A stretch of 64,000 nucleotides of DNA from an uncultured archaeon (GCA_963817525.1 CAWFOU010000001.1:448001-512000), one strand, 5' to 3'. Positions 28,336 to 38,223 are shown, counted from the stretch's first letter. The notes: a model not told the origin generated them from the letters alone. Program-made: numbers and translations.

Positions 28336-29361
28336 CTACTTTATCGGCTCGGCGATCCCGAGGGACGCGTTCGTCTGCTTCACTGACTCTGCCTGGGTCG
28401 CGCTCCCCATGATCGCCCTTATCGCGTCGACGTTCTCGGGGACGACGATGGACTCCTGCTGGACGCCGAGGAACAGGTAGAGCTCGTTGTCGTCCACCAC
28501 CGTGACCGACTCCTTCCAGATCGCCGCCTCGTAGACGTCGTTCCTGGGCCTCCCCTTCCACCTCGCCCAGTCGATCACGTGGGCGGTGGACTTGAAGCCC
28601 ATCTTCCCCTCGATGACCATGATGCGCTGCTCCCTCTGGAACGCCGCTACCACCTCTTCGGCCGTGGTCGTCTTGCCGAGCGTGATTATCAGCGAGTGGA
28701 GGTGCATGTGGGTGGTTGGTATCTTGATGGCCATGGTCGTGATGTTGATGTCGGGCAGCACGGTCATGACGTCCGGGCCGTGGTGCGACGGGAGGGTCAC
28801 CGGGTCTGGCACCACCGCGTCGATGGGTCCTTTTCCAATCTCCTGCGGGTCCGCAGCTCTCCTCGCCAGGACTGCCCTGGCCTTCTTGACGCCGAAGTTG
28901 GTCTGCAGCGCGTGCAGGGTCCTGCACAGGCCTGTAGTGTTGCAGCTCACCACCCTGACAAACCTCCTACCCCTGGCGCCGTCGTAATTGCAATTGGAGT
29001 TGAAGGAGAACCCGGTGAGCTCGTGCTCCTCGCCTCCCTCAAATATGGCTCGGACCCCTGCCTTTTCGTACATTTCCTTGTTCCCCGAGGCTACTTCCTC
29101 GCCAGTGGCCTCGATCATCACGTCGACCTTCTTCAGCAGGTCTTGGAGGCTACCCTGGGTCGGTATCTTCGCCTTTGCGAACTTGGCCTGGCCCTCTGCG
29201 TCCAGGTGGTAGATCTTGATGCCTCTTTCGATGGCGAGCTTCGCGCGGTAGTCGGGAGTGAACTTGGTTACTCCTACGAGCTCCATGTCGTTCTGCTTGG
29301 TGACTGCATCGGCGACCCTTCCGCCGATGGTCCCGTATCCGTTTACCCCTACCCTGATCAT
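28336..29361 (-). CDS. gap: Type II (archaeal) glyceraldehyde-3-phosphate dehydrogenase
   Basis: NGYGTIG, VVSCNTTGL, PSHHGPDV and QESIVVPENVDAIRA. Confidence 0.96.
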   Translation of the reverse strand: MIRVGVNGYGTIGGRVADAVTKQNDMELVGVTKFTPDYRAKLAIERGIKIYHLDAEGQAKFAKAKIPTQGSLQDLLKKVDVMIEATGEEVASGNKEMYEKAGVRAIFEGGEEHELTGFSFNSNCNYDGARGRRFVRVVSCNTTGLCRTLHALQTNFGVKKARAVLARRAADPQEIGKGPIDAVVPDPVTLPSHHGPDVMTVLPDINITTMAIKIPTTHMHLHSLIITLGKTTTAEEVVAAFQREQRIMVIEGKMGFKSTAHVIDWARWKGRPRNDVYEAAIWKESVTVVDDNELYLFLGVQQESIVVPENVDAIRAIMGSATQAESVKQTNASLGIAEPIK

Positions 29362-29971
29362 CGCTAATACCTCCCGTTTTGGGGAATTAAAGAACATTGG
29401 GGAAAAGAGGTGCCGTTTCTGGTCGAAGACTCGATGGCGATTCGCCGGAGCCGCAAGGCTAGATATGTGGAGGGATAGGCATGATGACGGAAAGGTAGAG
29501 TCGCCAGGTCCCGCATCTGGGCCCAATCCTTGGGGAGGCTTCCAATTAAACGATATTCTGGCGGCGTAGGGTGGCTCACTAAGCAAGGCCGGCGACTAAT
29601 GAGATATAAGAATTGGCGATTATAGACGATAGATATGCGAATATCGGCGCATATATACAATCTTACAAGTAAGATTTATCCCCTCTCATGCATGTGAAAG
29701 GGGTGCCTCAAGACGGCTATCACAATCTGACATTCCTACAGCTCTTTTGCCCCGGGTCTGACCCCTCGATTGGAGGGCCGATAGGGCGGAGAAGATTTCC
29801 CGGTCGTGGGCTGGCCTCTTGTCCCCGGCTGGAATTTCGTTGAGACTTCTCCAGGAGCGAGAATGGTGCGCGGGGCACTCTCGGGCAGGGCTAGGCCGTG
29901 TTGGGCCCTCACGGGTCTACGCAAGGCTATTAGCGTCTCATTCACGGCGCATTGCGTCTCCGGTAACCGCG

Positions 29972-30820
29972 ATGACACCAATAATCCAATTCGTCTATTC
30001 GGTTTTGATTGGGATCGTCCAAGGAGTTGCCGAGTGGCTTCCTGTGAGCAGCAAGACCCAGGTGCTTCTCGCGTCGTCATATCTGCTCAAGCTCGACTAC
30101 CAGCAAGCCTACACCTTCGGCCTCTTCATGGAGATTGGGACCGTCCTGGCCGCCGTGATCTACTTCAGGGCATATCTGCTCGACCTGGTGAGAGTGCTGG
30201 CCGGGTCGAAGGACCCGCAGAAGAGGAAGCTCTTCGTCTACGTGCTGGTCGTCACCGTGGTCACTGGGATCGTAGGAGCGCCTCTCTATCTCATCGCGGA
30301 CTCAGTAACGGGCATCTCACTGGGGATACCGATGCTCGTCATCGGCCTAGTGCTCATAGGGGACGCCCTCTTCATAAGATACTCGAGGAGAAACCGGCAA
30401 GGAAAGGTGCCGAGGACGTTCAAAGACATGGGAACGAGGGATTACCTGATCGTGGGGTTCATGCAAGGGATCGCCGCTCTGCCAGGGGTGAGCCGGTCGG
30501 GGATCACCGTGAGCTCTATGCTCTTGCTTGGCATAGAGGCGGACGAAGCATTCAAGCTCTCCTTTCTCGTAGGAATATTCGCCTCGTTGGCTGCGTTCTC
30601 GCTAACCGACCTGGCGAGCGGACACAACGTGAGCCAGGCGCTCTCGGTCATAGGAGTGTCAGGGCTCGCGGTCGCCATAATCACGGCGACGGTGGTGAGC
30701 CTTTTTCTCATAGACTTCCTGATAAAGGTGGCAGCGAAATCCAGCATAGTCTACCTCACCGCGGGGTTGGGCGTAATCGCAATAGCGAGCGGCCTCTTGT
30801 ATCTGCTTCTGGGCCTCTGA
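29972..30820 (+). CDS. uppP: Undecaprenyl-diphosphatase (BacA family)
   Basis: GIVQG.AEWLPVSS and ALPGVSRSGIT. Confidence 0.9.
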   Translation: MTPIIQFVYSVLIGIVQGVAEWLPVSSKTQVLLASSYLLKLDYQQAYTFGLFMEIGTVLAAVIYFRAYLLDLVRVLAGSKDPQKRKLFVYVLVVTVVTGIVGAPLYLIADSVTGISLGIPMLVIGLVLIGDALFIRYSRRNRQGKVPRTFKDMGTRDYLIVGFMQGIAALPGVSRSGITVSSMLLLGIEADEAFKLSFLVGIFASLAAFSLTDLASGHNVSQALSVIGVSGLAVAIITATVVSLFLIDFLIKVAAKSSIVYLTAGLGVIAIASGLLYLLLGL

Positions 30821-30916
30821 GCCTCTGAGAACCCTGGCGGAGGAGTTCGAGTGATCGCGAGTCTCGACATGACTTCTCGGCGGGATGCGAGATCGGGTGA
30901 CAATCCTTACGCGTTG

Positions 30917-31273
30917 TCACGTAGCACTCAGTCCGAGTGCCTGTCGGCGCCTTCCCGGGTCGCCCATATCAGGGAATATTTCGTGAATCTCCCGGCTTTT
31001 CTCCCTGAGTTCATTGCGGAGCCTCTCAGCATGCTCATATTGAGCGAGGAAAGTCTTACCTTTATCGGTAGAGGCGTAAACGGTCCGCCGCACGTCAGAG
31101 TGAAGCAGTCCTGCGGCCGTCAAATGGTCGATGTATCGCCTGAGCTGCTTGTAATTCACTCTCGCCCCATACATTATGTTGGTCTTTGACCCTCCTTCGT
31201 GCGCGGCACGGATGATCTCGGCCGAGATCTCTTCCGGAGTCCGTCGACCAGGGTGCTCGACCCTTGCTTTCAT
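30917..31273 (-). CDS. Winged-helix regulator (HTH_45-like)
   Basis: RRT..EI...II, KT.IMY.A.VNY.QL..Y...L and T.KG..FL. Confidence 0.8.
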   Translation of the reverse strand: MKARVEHPGRRTPEEISAEIIRAAHEGGSKTNIMYGARVNYKQLRRYIDHLTAAGLLHSDVRRTVYASTDKGKTFLAQYEHAERLRNELREKSREIHEIFPDMGDPGRRRQALGLSAT

Positions 31274-31383
31274 GCCTGTCCCAGCCGTCTCGCGATACAT
31301 ACCTCTTCTAGCTGAAGGCCAGAAGAAGAGGGGCTCAGAGTCTGGAAGAACGACGAACGAGGTATGGAACATCGGGCGGGGAT

Positions 31384-31447
31384 GTTACATATCGTACTAG
31401 AGGCGTGGGCGTTACATATCGTACTAGAGGCGTGGGCGTTACATATC
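31384..31447. repeat. 27-bp tandem repeat (GTTACATATCGTACTAGAGGCGTGGGC, ~2.4 copies) in a divergent promoter region
   Basis: Directly visible, with copies starting at 31384, 31411 and 31438. Confidence 0.9.
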
Positions 31448-31479
31448 CGAAGATGGTAGTGGAGTAACTGGCTGCTTAT

Positions 31480-32937
31480 ATGACCAGCCTGCGCTCAGTG
31501 CCTAGGCGAGCAAACTTGGGGTTTCTAATTCACGACAGAAAGGCGAAAATTGCGGTCAGCATGGGCATCGGGGTGTTGCTGGTGCTTTCGGCAGTGGCGT
31601 ATGTTGCGTTATTGGTACCGGGCGCCAGTGCCAATCCGCCTAGCTTCCCCCCTACTTGCACTACCACGTATTCATCCAGCCCAACTTATGACACGCCGAC
31701 GATGGTCCCTATCACGATAACTACCCCGGGAATCTACTGCTTCACTTCTGGAGAGACCTTCAATACACAGGTTACCGTGACGGCATCAGATGTCACTCTC
31801 ACCAGCTCGGGTGGGCATCAGATGGCCACCATAAAGCCAACGTCTGTTTCTCCAAATTCAGCAGATCCTGACACAACCACTCCTGAATACAACATCATAC
31901 TTGTTGGAGGAGCAAGTCCAATAACGGGAGCAACGGTCAGCAACCTAATCGTAGATGGTTCCCTGGCATCGACTACATTCACCAGCTGCGCCGACGACTA
32001 CGAAGGGATTCTATTCCTCAACGCGGGCGGGACGATAACGGGCGATACTGTCCAAAATGTATACCTCCCTCCGTCGCTTGCGGGCTGCCAGCCCGGCCTT
32101 GGCATCGAAGTCCAGACGGCATCACCATTTTCCTCTTCAGTCACGATATCGAACAACCAGGTGCTGAACTATAACAAGAACGGGATAACGTGCAACGACG
32201 CGGGAACAACCTGTAACGTCAACCAGAACACTGTGACCTTCTATGTCGCCTCTGTGGCAGGGGCGCCAGCATCCTCTTACGCCCAGTACATCGCCCCCAA
32301 CGGCATCCAGATAGCCTATAGTGCGGTGGGCACCGTGTCCGACAACACTGTGAGCGGCAACGAGTGCAACCTGGCCGCCCCGTCGTGCGGCCCGGACATA
32401 GCGACCGAGTACCAGGGCGCTGGGATTCTCACTTACGAGTCTGGCGCCGGGACGGTCTTGAGAGGGAACACGGTCACTGGTAATGACGTGGGAATCCTGA
32501 CAGCCGACGATGCGGCCGTATCCACAGCTAACCAGATCCAAGACAACAGGTACGAGGGCATACTGCTCAACGACGGAACTTATTCGCCGACCAACAACAA
32601 CATCTCTTGCGATCACTTGGCAACATGCCAAGTCGCAATCGGGGTAGACTCGGACGGATATGCGGCAGCCCCGACCGTCGCGACGCTCGGCTACAGTAAC
32701 AACTTCAACGGCAAATTCGCGACTGCCCTTGTCCAAGGTGTCGCCTACACCGGCGGCAACGAGGGCGGGACGAACTCGGAACCGGCAACGATGTCCATCA
32801 ACGGCTTCTCGGAGACCGTGACTCCCAGCTCCTGCACTCCAACGGCTCCGGCGCCACCCTCGGTTGTGCCCTTGGCTCCAGGAACGACGTGCACAATTGC
32901 GCCATCCTTTGCCAACATCACGAGCATCCCCGGCTAG
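31480..32937 (+). CDS. Secreted right-handed parallel beta-helix protein
   Basis: N-terminal TM segment; repeated N.V..N..GI motifs (YNKNGI, GNDVGI). Confidence 0.8.
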   Translation: MTSLRSVPRRANLGFLIHDRKAKIAVSMGIGVLLVLSAVAYVALLVPGASANPPSFPPTCTTTYSSSPTYDTPTMVPITITTPGIYCFTSGETFNTQVTVTASDVTLTSSGGHQMATIKPTSVSPNSADPDTTTPEYNIILVGGASPITGATVSNLIVDGSLASTTFTSCADDYEGILFLNAGGTITGDTVQNVYLPPSLAGCQPGLGIEVQTASPFSSSVTISNNQVLNYNKNGITCNDAGTTCNVNQNTVTFYVASVAGAPASSYAQYIAPNGIQIAYSAVGTVSDNTVSGNECNLAAPSCGPDIATEYQGAGILTYESGAGTVLRGNTVTGNDVGILTADDAAVSTANQIQDNRYEGILLNDGTYSPTNNNISCDHLATCQVAIGVDSDGYAAAPTVATLGYSNNFNGKFATALVQGVAYTGGNEGGTNSEPATMSINGFSETVTPSSCTPTAPAPPSVVPLAPGTTCTIAPSFANITSIPG

Positions 32938-33027
32938 GTCTTGCCGTAACCTACGCGAAACAGCAAGCCAAGCGTAGCCGGCTTCATGGGGTAGGCCCGC
33001 GGGCACCCCATTGTTTAGGGGGCATGA

Positions 33028-33055
33028 ATATCGACGTCGATATCGTGGTCGATAC
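33028..33055. repeat. Dispersed (RTCGAY)n palindrome, copy 1
   Basis: ATATCGACGTCGATATCGTGGTCGATAC. Confidence 0.7.
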
Positions 33056-33220
33056 GTCTCGCGACGTTCGTACGACTTCTTGTTGCGTGACCTTCACGAG
33101 GTCGTTCTAACCCTTGGCGAGCTGCCGGGCCTGCAAGAAAACCTCCCCTCAGGGCGTCTCTCCAGGATAGGCTGGAGGTTAAGCCGGTGTACCGTCTGTC
33201 TGTGCCCTTTTTCCCGGGCC

Positions 33221-33670
33221 CTAGACTGGTGCCGGTCCAGCCTCATCTATGGAGATCAGCTCATTCCACGCGTTGCAAATCTGCCATGCGTATTTGGCGA
33301 ACCCCGAAGTGTTCGCCCTTGCCGGGATGATCTGGATCTTCAGCTGGTACACCGGCTGAGTCCTCTTTAGCCTGTCGTTCCACGCGGGGACGTCCTTTTC
33401 TATGAAGCCGAGGACGAGGAGCTTTCGGAGGAGCTTGGTGTAGAAGTTGTGGTAAGAGTACTTTACGCCAAACTCGCCCGTCTGGAGCTGCTCAGCAAAC
33501 ACCCGGAGCTGCTTTCGGGTCATGGACAGTTTCGTATCCTGGTTCTCTTTCATCTTTCGGATCAGGAGGAGCGCGGCGTCGACCGTCTCCTTCCTCTGGC
33601 CAAAGATCAGAGACATTATGCTGCCCTTTGCGATCTCCCTCTCATCCCAGTACAGCTTCACAGACTTCAT
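33221..33670 (-). CDS. Conserved hypothetical protein, possible winged helix
   Basis: YS..NFY..LLR.LL.LGFI pattern. Confidence 0.6.
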   Translation of the reverse strand: MKSVKLYWDEREIAKGSIMSLIFGQRKETVDAALLLIRKMKENQDTKLSMTRKQLRVFAEQLQTGEFGVKYSYHNFYTKLLRKLLVLGFIEKDVPAWNDRLKRTQPVYQLKIQIIPARANTSGFAKYAWQICNAWNELISIDEAGPAPV

Positions 33671-33709
33671 GCGCCCACGTGCATACCATAGAACGCTAAA
33701 TAAGCGCAA

Positions 33710-33771
33710 TGTCCCTTTTGCGTCATTGGATTTTGAAAACGGCGAAAACGTTAGTGTACCCAAAAGGGACA
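33710..33771. repeat. 11-bp perfect inverted repeat (TGTCCCTTTTG ... CAAAAGGGACA) with 40-bp spacer
   Basis: Directly visible, upstream of the 33670 start. Confidence 0.75.
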
Positions 33772-33985
33772 CAGACCCCCCCCAGGGAGCAAACCAGGGT
33801 GATGGCTGGGCAAGGTCATATCCAGGCGCAAGTTGTGACCCTGGGAGGGAACTGGGGACGCCACCGTCAGTCGACGCAAGAGCCGCCGCGGATCATTGGA
33901 CTGCCCGGACGGTCCACGCTCAAGCACTGGCCCACGGAGGACACTTCTAGACCGATTACCCCATGATGTCCGGCCTCTAGAAACC

Positions 33986-34399
33986 TCATTCGGAGACGCT
34001 TTGCTCGTCCTTTGGGTTGTCCTGGAAAAGCTTGAGACCGAATTCCTTCATCCTCTCAAAGTGCCTGACGTCGTGGGTGAGCAGTTCCGCCCTATGGTTG
34101 ATTGCAATCGCAGCGATCATGGTATCCATGCGTCTTATCATGGCTCCTTTCCTTTCTAGGCCGACTTCGATTCTGCTGGAAAGCCTGGCGTCTTCGGCGG
34201 TGAAGGCTATCGTGTCCAGGCTGGCGACGCCTTCTCCGGGTTTGGCGGTCTTCAAACAGCCATAAAGAATTTCGTGAAGGTTCAGGGAAGTCGTCCAGAC
34301 CTCGTCTTCCACTGCTTCGAGCTTGCTGACCGTCTCATCACCTCGCTCCGACTGCTTGTCGAAGATATCGATCAGTACGTCGGTATCAAGAATGATCAA
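33986..34399 (-). CDS. vapC: VapC PIN-domain toxin
   Basis: ILDTDVLI, E, D.MIAAIA and LLT.D.RHF. Confidence 0.9.
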   Translation of the reverse strand: MIILDTDVLIDIFDKQSERGDETVSKLEAVEDEVWTTSLNLHEILYGCLKTAKPGEGVASLDTIAFTAEDARLSSRIEVGLERKGAMIRRMDTMIAAIAINHRAELLTHDVRHFERMKEFGLKLFQDNPKDEQSVSE

Positions 34400-34617
34400 T
34401 ACCGTTTCTCATCTCTTTTAGCTGTCGACAAGCGGAGAAAGACCTCTCTCTCATCGGCATTCTTGAATTCGATTGAGCCGCGGAGCCGCTTGAGCGCTTC
34501 AAATGAGCCTCGCCTTCTTGAAAGCCGCTCAAAGAGCTCGCTGAAGCTCTCGTCTTCATTTTTTATGGCCACTAGCTTCTTGTAGACGTCATCCCTGATT
34601 GTGAGCGTCTTTACCAT
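34396..34617 (-). CDS. vapB: VapB-type antitoxin (DUF217-like)
   Basis: KTLTIRDDVY.KL..K...ESFSEL..RL; overlaps the vapC start. Confidence 0.88.
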   Translation of the reverse strand: MVKTLTIRDDVYKKLVAIKNEDESFSELFERLSRRRGSFEALKRLRGSIEFKNADEREVFLRLSTAKRDEKRY

Positions 34618-34713
34618 GCCGTTATCAATGACCACTTTCTATTTAAACATAAACGTAAACACACAGTATCCGCCTGGATGTCGGCGTCGACATGGCAATG
34701 CACATCGCACGAC

Positions 34714-34902
34714 TCAGCTTGGAACTGGACGGGTCCTCAGACCCATCCTGGTCGGGGACGCCTTCGATGGCTGGGTCCGGATTTCAGCCTTGGTCGGGTC
34801 AATCCCTTTTCCCCTGAGCTCTTTGGCGAGCGTTTTCAGGTCGAGGGCTTCTGCGACCCTCTTTCCATCCCAATATCCCACAAATGTTGTCTTCCTAGAC
34901 AC
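34714..34902 (-). CDS. Small hypothetical protein (DUF5678-like)
   Basis: V...DGK.VA....L..L...L...GIDP. Confidence 0.45.
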   Translation of the reverse strand: MSRKTTFVGYWDGKRVAEALDLKTLAKELRGKGIDPTKAEIRTQPSKASPTRMGLRTRPVPS

Positions 34903-35363
34903 TAAGGGCTTCCCTCACCGGATGACAAGAAAATCGGCGCAATCTCAAACGGTCGCTTCTTCGCTTCGCGAGTGAGTTCCGCCTCCTCCTTCGCGAAGAG
35001 GGGAGTCGCTCCAGTTACTTTCGCAACGGCGAAGGTAAAGCAATCGACAAAGGAAATCGCCCTCTCGCATTTAAGCTCGGAGGCGAGCTCATGGATTCGA
35101 AGATCTTCTTCAAGTCTTACGAAACCGGAGTCGAGCAAGTCGCGTACCGCAGCTTGGGCCCTATCGCGCCCGAGCCTTCTGCAAATCACGTAAGACGCTT
35201 CTGCCAGATTTACGCGGCTCGTATAGGCGATCACGTCTTCCTGCTGAAGAATGGAATACATGGACCTCCCCAGCCCTGAGTCACTGAAAATCTCGACCAG
35301 GACGCTGGAGTCGAGAGCGAGCTTACCCTTGACCGAGGAGATGACGCTCAAGAGCTTCCTCAT
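34902..35363 (-). CDS. vapC: Second VapC PIN-domain toxin
   Basis: ALDSSVL, NLAE..Y and ISFVDC. Confidence 0.85.
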   Translation of the reverse strand: MRKLLSVISSVKGKLALDSSVLVEIFSDSGLGRSMYSILQQEDVIAYTSRVNLAEASYVICRRLGRDRAQAAVRDLLDSGFVRLEEDLRIHELASELKCERAISFVDCFTFAVAKVTGATPLFAKEEAELTREAKKRPFEIAPIFLSSGEGSP

Positions 35364-35613
35364 GCCTCCTATCTTCTTCGCGACCCTCCCTTAGGATCTT
35401 TCTGAACTCTTCGGAGGGAACTCCAGAGCCTACCATGGCCCTTCGGAGGAATTCGGGATTCCTCTTGGACCTGAGGAGGAGCCATTCGATCGCATCCTCG
35501 TAGTCAACTTTTTCTCCTCGTTTGGATTGAAGTTCGGCGGCCACCTTCAGGAGCTCACCACGAGTCTTCTCCGAGATGGTGATTGTCGTCATCTTCATGG
35601 TTTCCATTGTCAC
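35323..35613 (-). CDS. Putative antitoxin (RHH-type)
   Basis: TTITIS..T..EL...AAELQ...G.KVDYEDAI; upstream of and overlapping the PIN gene. Confidence 0.75.
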   Translation of the reverse strand: MTMETMKMTTITISEKTRGELLKVAAELQSKRGEKVDYEDAIEWLLLRSKRNPEFLRRAMVGSGVPSEEFRKILREGREEDRRHEEALERHLLGQG

Positions 35614-35707
35614 AATAGGTTCTATTGGTATTTAAACGCGTGTGGCACCAGCGACCGTGGCGAACGACGCCAATCTTAACTACCGACGGCGCAAGCTCAG
35701 CTGAAGA

Positions 35708-36553
35708 TTGCCCAAGAGCGAAGTCGCAAGGACCGCGCTCTTCGTCGCGGCCGTCAGAGCCAGAGAGAACCTACGCTCAAACCGCCTCTTCGAGGACGAC
35801 CTCTCCTCGTCACTGGCGGGGCCGGAAGGGCGCTCCTGGCTCGCTGCAAGCGAGAGGAACCCCGCGAGCAACTACCACCGCGACAGCTTCCCATACATTG
35901 AGGTCAGGACACGCTACTTCGACGACTGGGCCCAGAAGGCCGCAATGGGCGGCGGCGCGAGACAGTTCGTCGTCCTGGGAGCTGGAATGGACACGAGGGC
36001 GTTTCGTCTATCGTGGCCAGCGGGACTTCGCCTCTGGGAGGTCGACACTTCTGAGCTGTTTGCACTAAAAGAAGAGCGTTTGCATTCGGCTGGCGCAAAG
36101 GCGAAGTGCGAACGCTCCGTGGTGGAGGCAGACCTCGCCTCGCCCGACTGGCCTCGCGCGCTGATACACGAAGGGCTCAAACGGACGACCCCGACCACCT
36201 GGCTCGCGGAGGGCCTCTTCCAATACCTCCCGGCCAAGGACGTAGACCAAATCCTCGACGGAGCTGCCTCGCTATCGCCGCCGGGCAGTCGACTCGGGGC
36301 GGAGATCGCCTCTGCGGACTACTTGCGGCGCGAGTCCAACGCGGCGACCTTGAGGGCAAGAAAAGACCGCGGGACCCCCTGGGTATTCGGCACAAATGAT
36401 CCCGAGTCGCTCTTCGAAGCTAGCGGTTGGGCGGTCGATGGGAAGGTCTCCGCACTCGAGGAGGCAGTCACCCTCGGTAGATGGCCCGGCGAGGCTTATC
36501 GTTCCATATCCAGGCCGCCCGGCGCAACGTTCGTGACAACGACAAGGGAGTAG
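35708..36553 (+). CDS. SAM-dependent methyltransferase (LCM/ML2640-like)
   Basis: TAL.VAA.RA.E, RTRYFDD, VVLGAGMDTRA and WLAEGL. Confidence 0.9.
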   Translation: MPKSEVARTALFVAAVRARENLRSNRLFEDDLSSSLAGPEGRSWLAASERNPASNYHRDSFPYIEVRTRYFDDWAQKAAMGGGARQFVVLGAGMDTRAFRLSWPAGLRLWEVDTSELFALKEERLHSAGAKAKCERSVVEADLASPDWPRALIHEGLKRTTPTTWLAEGLFQYLPAKDVDQILDGAASLSPPGSRLGAEIASADYLRRESNAATLRARKDRGTPWVFGTNDPESLFEASGWAVDGKVSALEEAVTLGRWPGEAYRSISRPPGATFVTTTRE

Positions 36554-36555
36554 CC

Positions 36556-36579
36556 ATCGACGTCGATATCGACGTCGAT
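36556..36579. repeat. Perfect 24-bp palindrome ATCGACGTCGATATCGACGTCGAT, copy 2
   Basis: Directly visible; equals its own reverse complement. Confidence 0.85.
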
Positions 36580-36630
36580 TATAGCTGGTGCCGCCCTAAA
36601 CGGGCAAATCCCAAACCCGTCGGCTCGAGC

Positions 36631-36840
36631 TCACTCTACGACGTAAGCGTCGGCCGGAGGCAACTGTCTGGGGCCCACCTTTGCGACCCTGCGGACGAAA
36701 CGCGTGATGGGCTTCCTCATCCACACGACGATGATCGCGTCGAAGATCGCGTACCCTAGCCCCAGAAAGATGTTGGCCTGCGTTATCCCTATCGTGTATG
36801 CGACCATCACGCTGGTCACGTCCACGACCGATGCGACCAA
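36631..36840 (-). CDS. Small membrane protein (start may be ~36890 if one base is missing)
   Basis: Two hydrophobic segments. Confidence 0.5.
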   Translation of the reverse strand: MVASVVDVTSVMVAYTIGITQANIFLGLGYAIFDAIIVVWMRKPITRFVRRVAKVGPRQLPPADAYVVE

Positions 36841-36974
36841 GTTCTCAAAGACCTCGTGGTTGCTAATCGCGGTCGTCGTTTGTCAGGCACCAGAATCTCT
36901 TTGCCAGCTAATAACCTGTCAGAATCTCAAAATCTGATTCGTCTGCTCGCCGAAAAATCGTGAGAGGGCAAAGA

Positions 36975-37020
36975 AGCGCCCCCCGTGGGGCAAAGTGAAA
37001 AAAGGGAGAAAAGAAACCAG
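36975..37020 (-). terminator. Putative ftsZ terminator (U-rich tract plus short GC hairpin)
   Basis: Minus strand reads TTTCTTTTCTCCCTTTTTT then GCCCC-AC-GGGG(G)C just after the stop. Confidence 0.45.
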
Positions 37021-37029
37021 GCCGTCTGC

Positions 37030-38097
37030 CTAGTTTCTCGATTTGGATCCGATGCTGATCGGACCCATTTGGAAGCCTTGCTTCTGCTGAGAGAGGAACG
37101 TGCTCTCGACGCCAGTCAGGACAACCATGACCCTCGCGGATCCGCGCATGTTGGGTTCGACGCGTGCGCCCCAGACTATCCTCGTGCTCGGGGGTAGCGA
37201 TTTGGTCACGAGCTCTCCGGCCCGCGTTACCTCCTCGAGGCTGACGTCGTCTCCGCCTGACACGTGCACCAGGACGCCCTTCGACTTCGTGACGTCCTTG
37301 ATGTCCAGTAGTTGCCCGTCGATGGCCTGCCTTACTGCGATCTCGACCCTGTCCGCTCCGGTCGCTTGGCCCACGCCTATCGCGGCCAACCCTCTCCTCT
37401 CCATGATAGCCCTTAGGTCTGCGTAGTCGATGTTGATGAGACTGGCTGTGGTGATGGTCTCGGTGATGCCCTTGATGAACTGGCCTACCAGCTCATTGGC
37501 GACGCCAAGCGCCTGCTGAAGCGGGAGGTCTCCCGCAACTTTCGATAGCTTGGTGTTGTCGATGGCCACGACTGTGTCACAATACTCCCTCAACCTCGTG
37601 AGAGCCTTCTTCGCGTTCTCGTAGCGGTAGGACTCGATTGAAAATGGTAGCGTGACCACTCCGATCGTCAGGCCGCCGTTGCCCCTCAGCTCCCTCGCGA
37701 GAGCCTGGATGGCGCCGGTGCCCGTCCCTCCGCCGAGACCTGCGCATAGGAAGGTGATGTTCGACCCGTTTACCTCCTTCTTGAGCTCCGACATGCTCTC
37801 CATCGCGGCCCGCTCGCCGCGCTCCGGATAGCCGCCGCAGCCCGTTCCATGGGTGAGCTTCTCACCGATAAGGAGCCGTCTGTCTGCTTTTGTGATTCCG
37901 AGGTGTGCTGCGTCTGTGTTTGCTGCGATGAGCTTGCCTCCGGAAACGCCGCGCTGCTTGATCCAAGAGACGATGTTGCTTCCAGCGCCTCCCAGCCCGA
38001 CAACCGCGACGTTGGGGCGAGCCATACGCATTGCTTGTTCGATGCGTTCTGCTTCCAAGAAGTCCGTGCCTTCCGTAGACAGTTCCATGTTCCTCAA
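37030..38097 (-). CDS. ftsZ: Cell division protein FtsZ
   Basis: GLGGAGSN, NTDAAHL, GLGGGTGTG and T7 loop INIDYAD. Confidence 0.96.
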   Translation of the reverse strand: MRNMELSTEGTDFLEAERIEQAMRMARPNVAVVGLGGAGSNIVSWIKQRGVSGGKLIAANTDAAHLGITKADRRLLIGEKLTHGTGCGGYPERGERAAMESMSELKKEVNGSNITFLCAGLGGGTGTGAIQALARELRGNGGLTIGVVTLPFSIESYRYENAKKALTRLREYCDTVVAIDNTKLSKVAGDLPLQQALGVANELVGQFIKGITETITTASLINIDYADLRAIMERRGLAAIGVGQATGADRVEIAVRQAIDGQLLDIKDVTKSKGVLVHVSGGDDVSLEEVTRAGELVTKSLPPSTRIVWGARVEPNMRGSARVMVVLTGVESTFLSQQKQGFQMGPISIGSKSRN

Positions 38098-38223
38098 GCC
38101 CTGTCACAGAGGATAAAAGCCCCATGAATATGTAGCCTGAACGGGCGCTTCATCAGCCGTAAATAGATGACGAATCACGCACAAAACTGGAGTCGGAATA
38201 TACAAATCCGGACAAACGCCTCA

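Noticed and set aside
31384-31447. Possible mini-CRISPR (27-bp repeats)
   Set aside because: Head-to-tail copies with no unique spacers
33775-33985. tRNA, SRP or RNase P RNA
   Set aside because: No cloverleaf/T-loop or diagnostic conserved motifs recognised
38107-38125. Possible TnpB guide target upstream of ftsZ (GAGGATAAAAGCC)
   Set aside because: Only a short gapped resemblance to the predicted guide; consistent with chance
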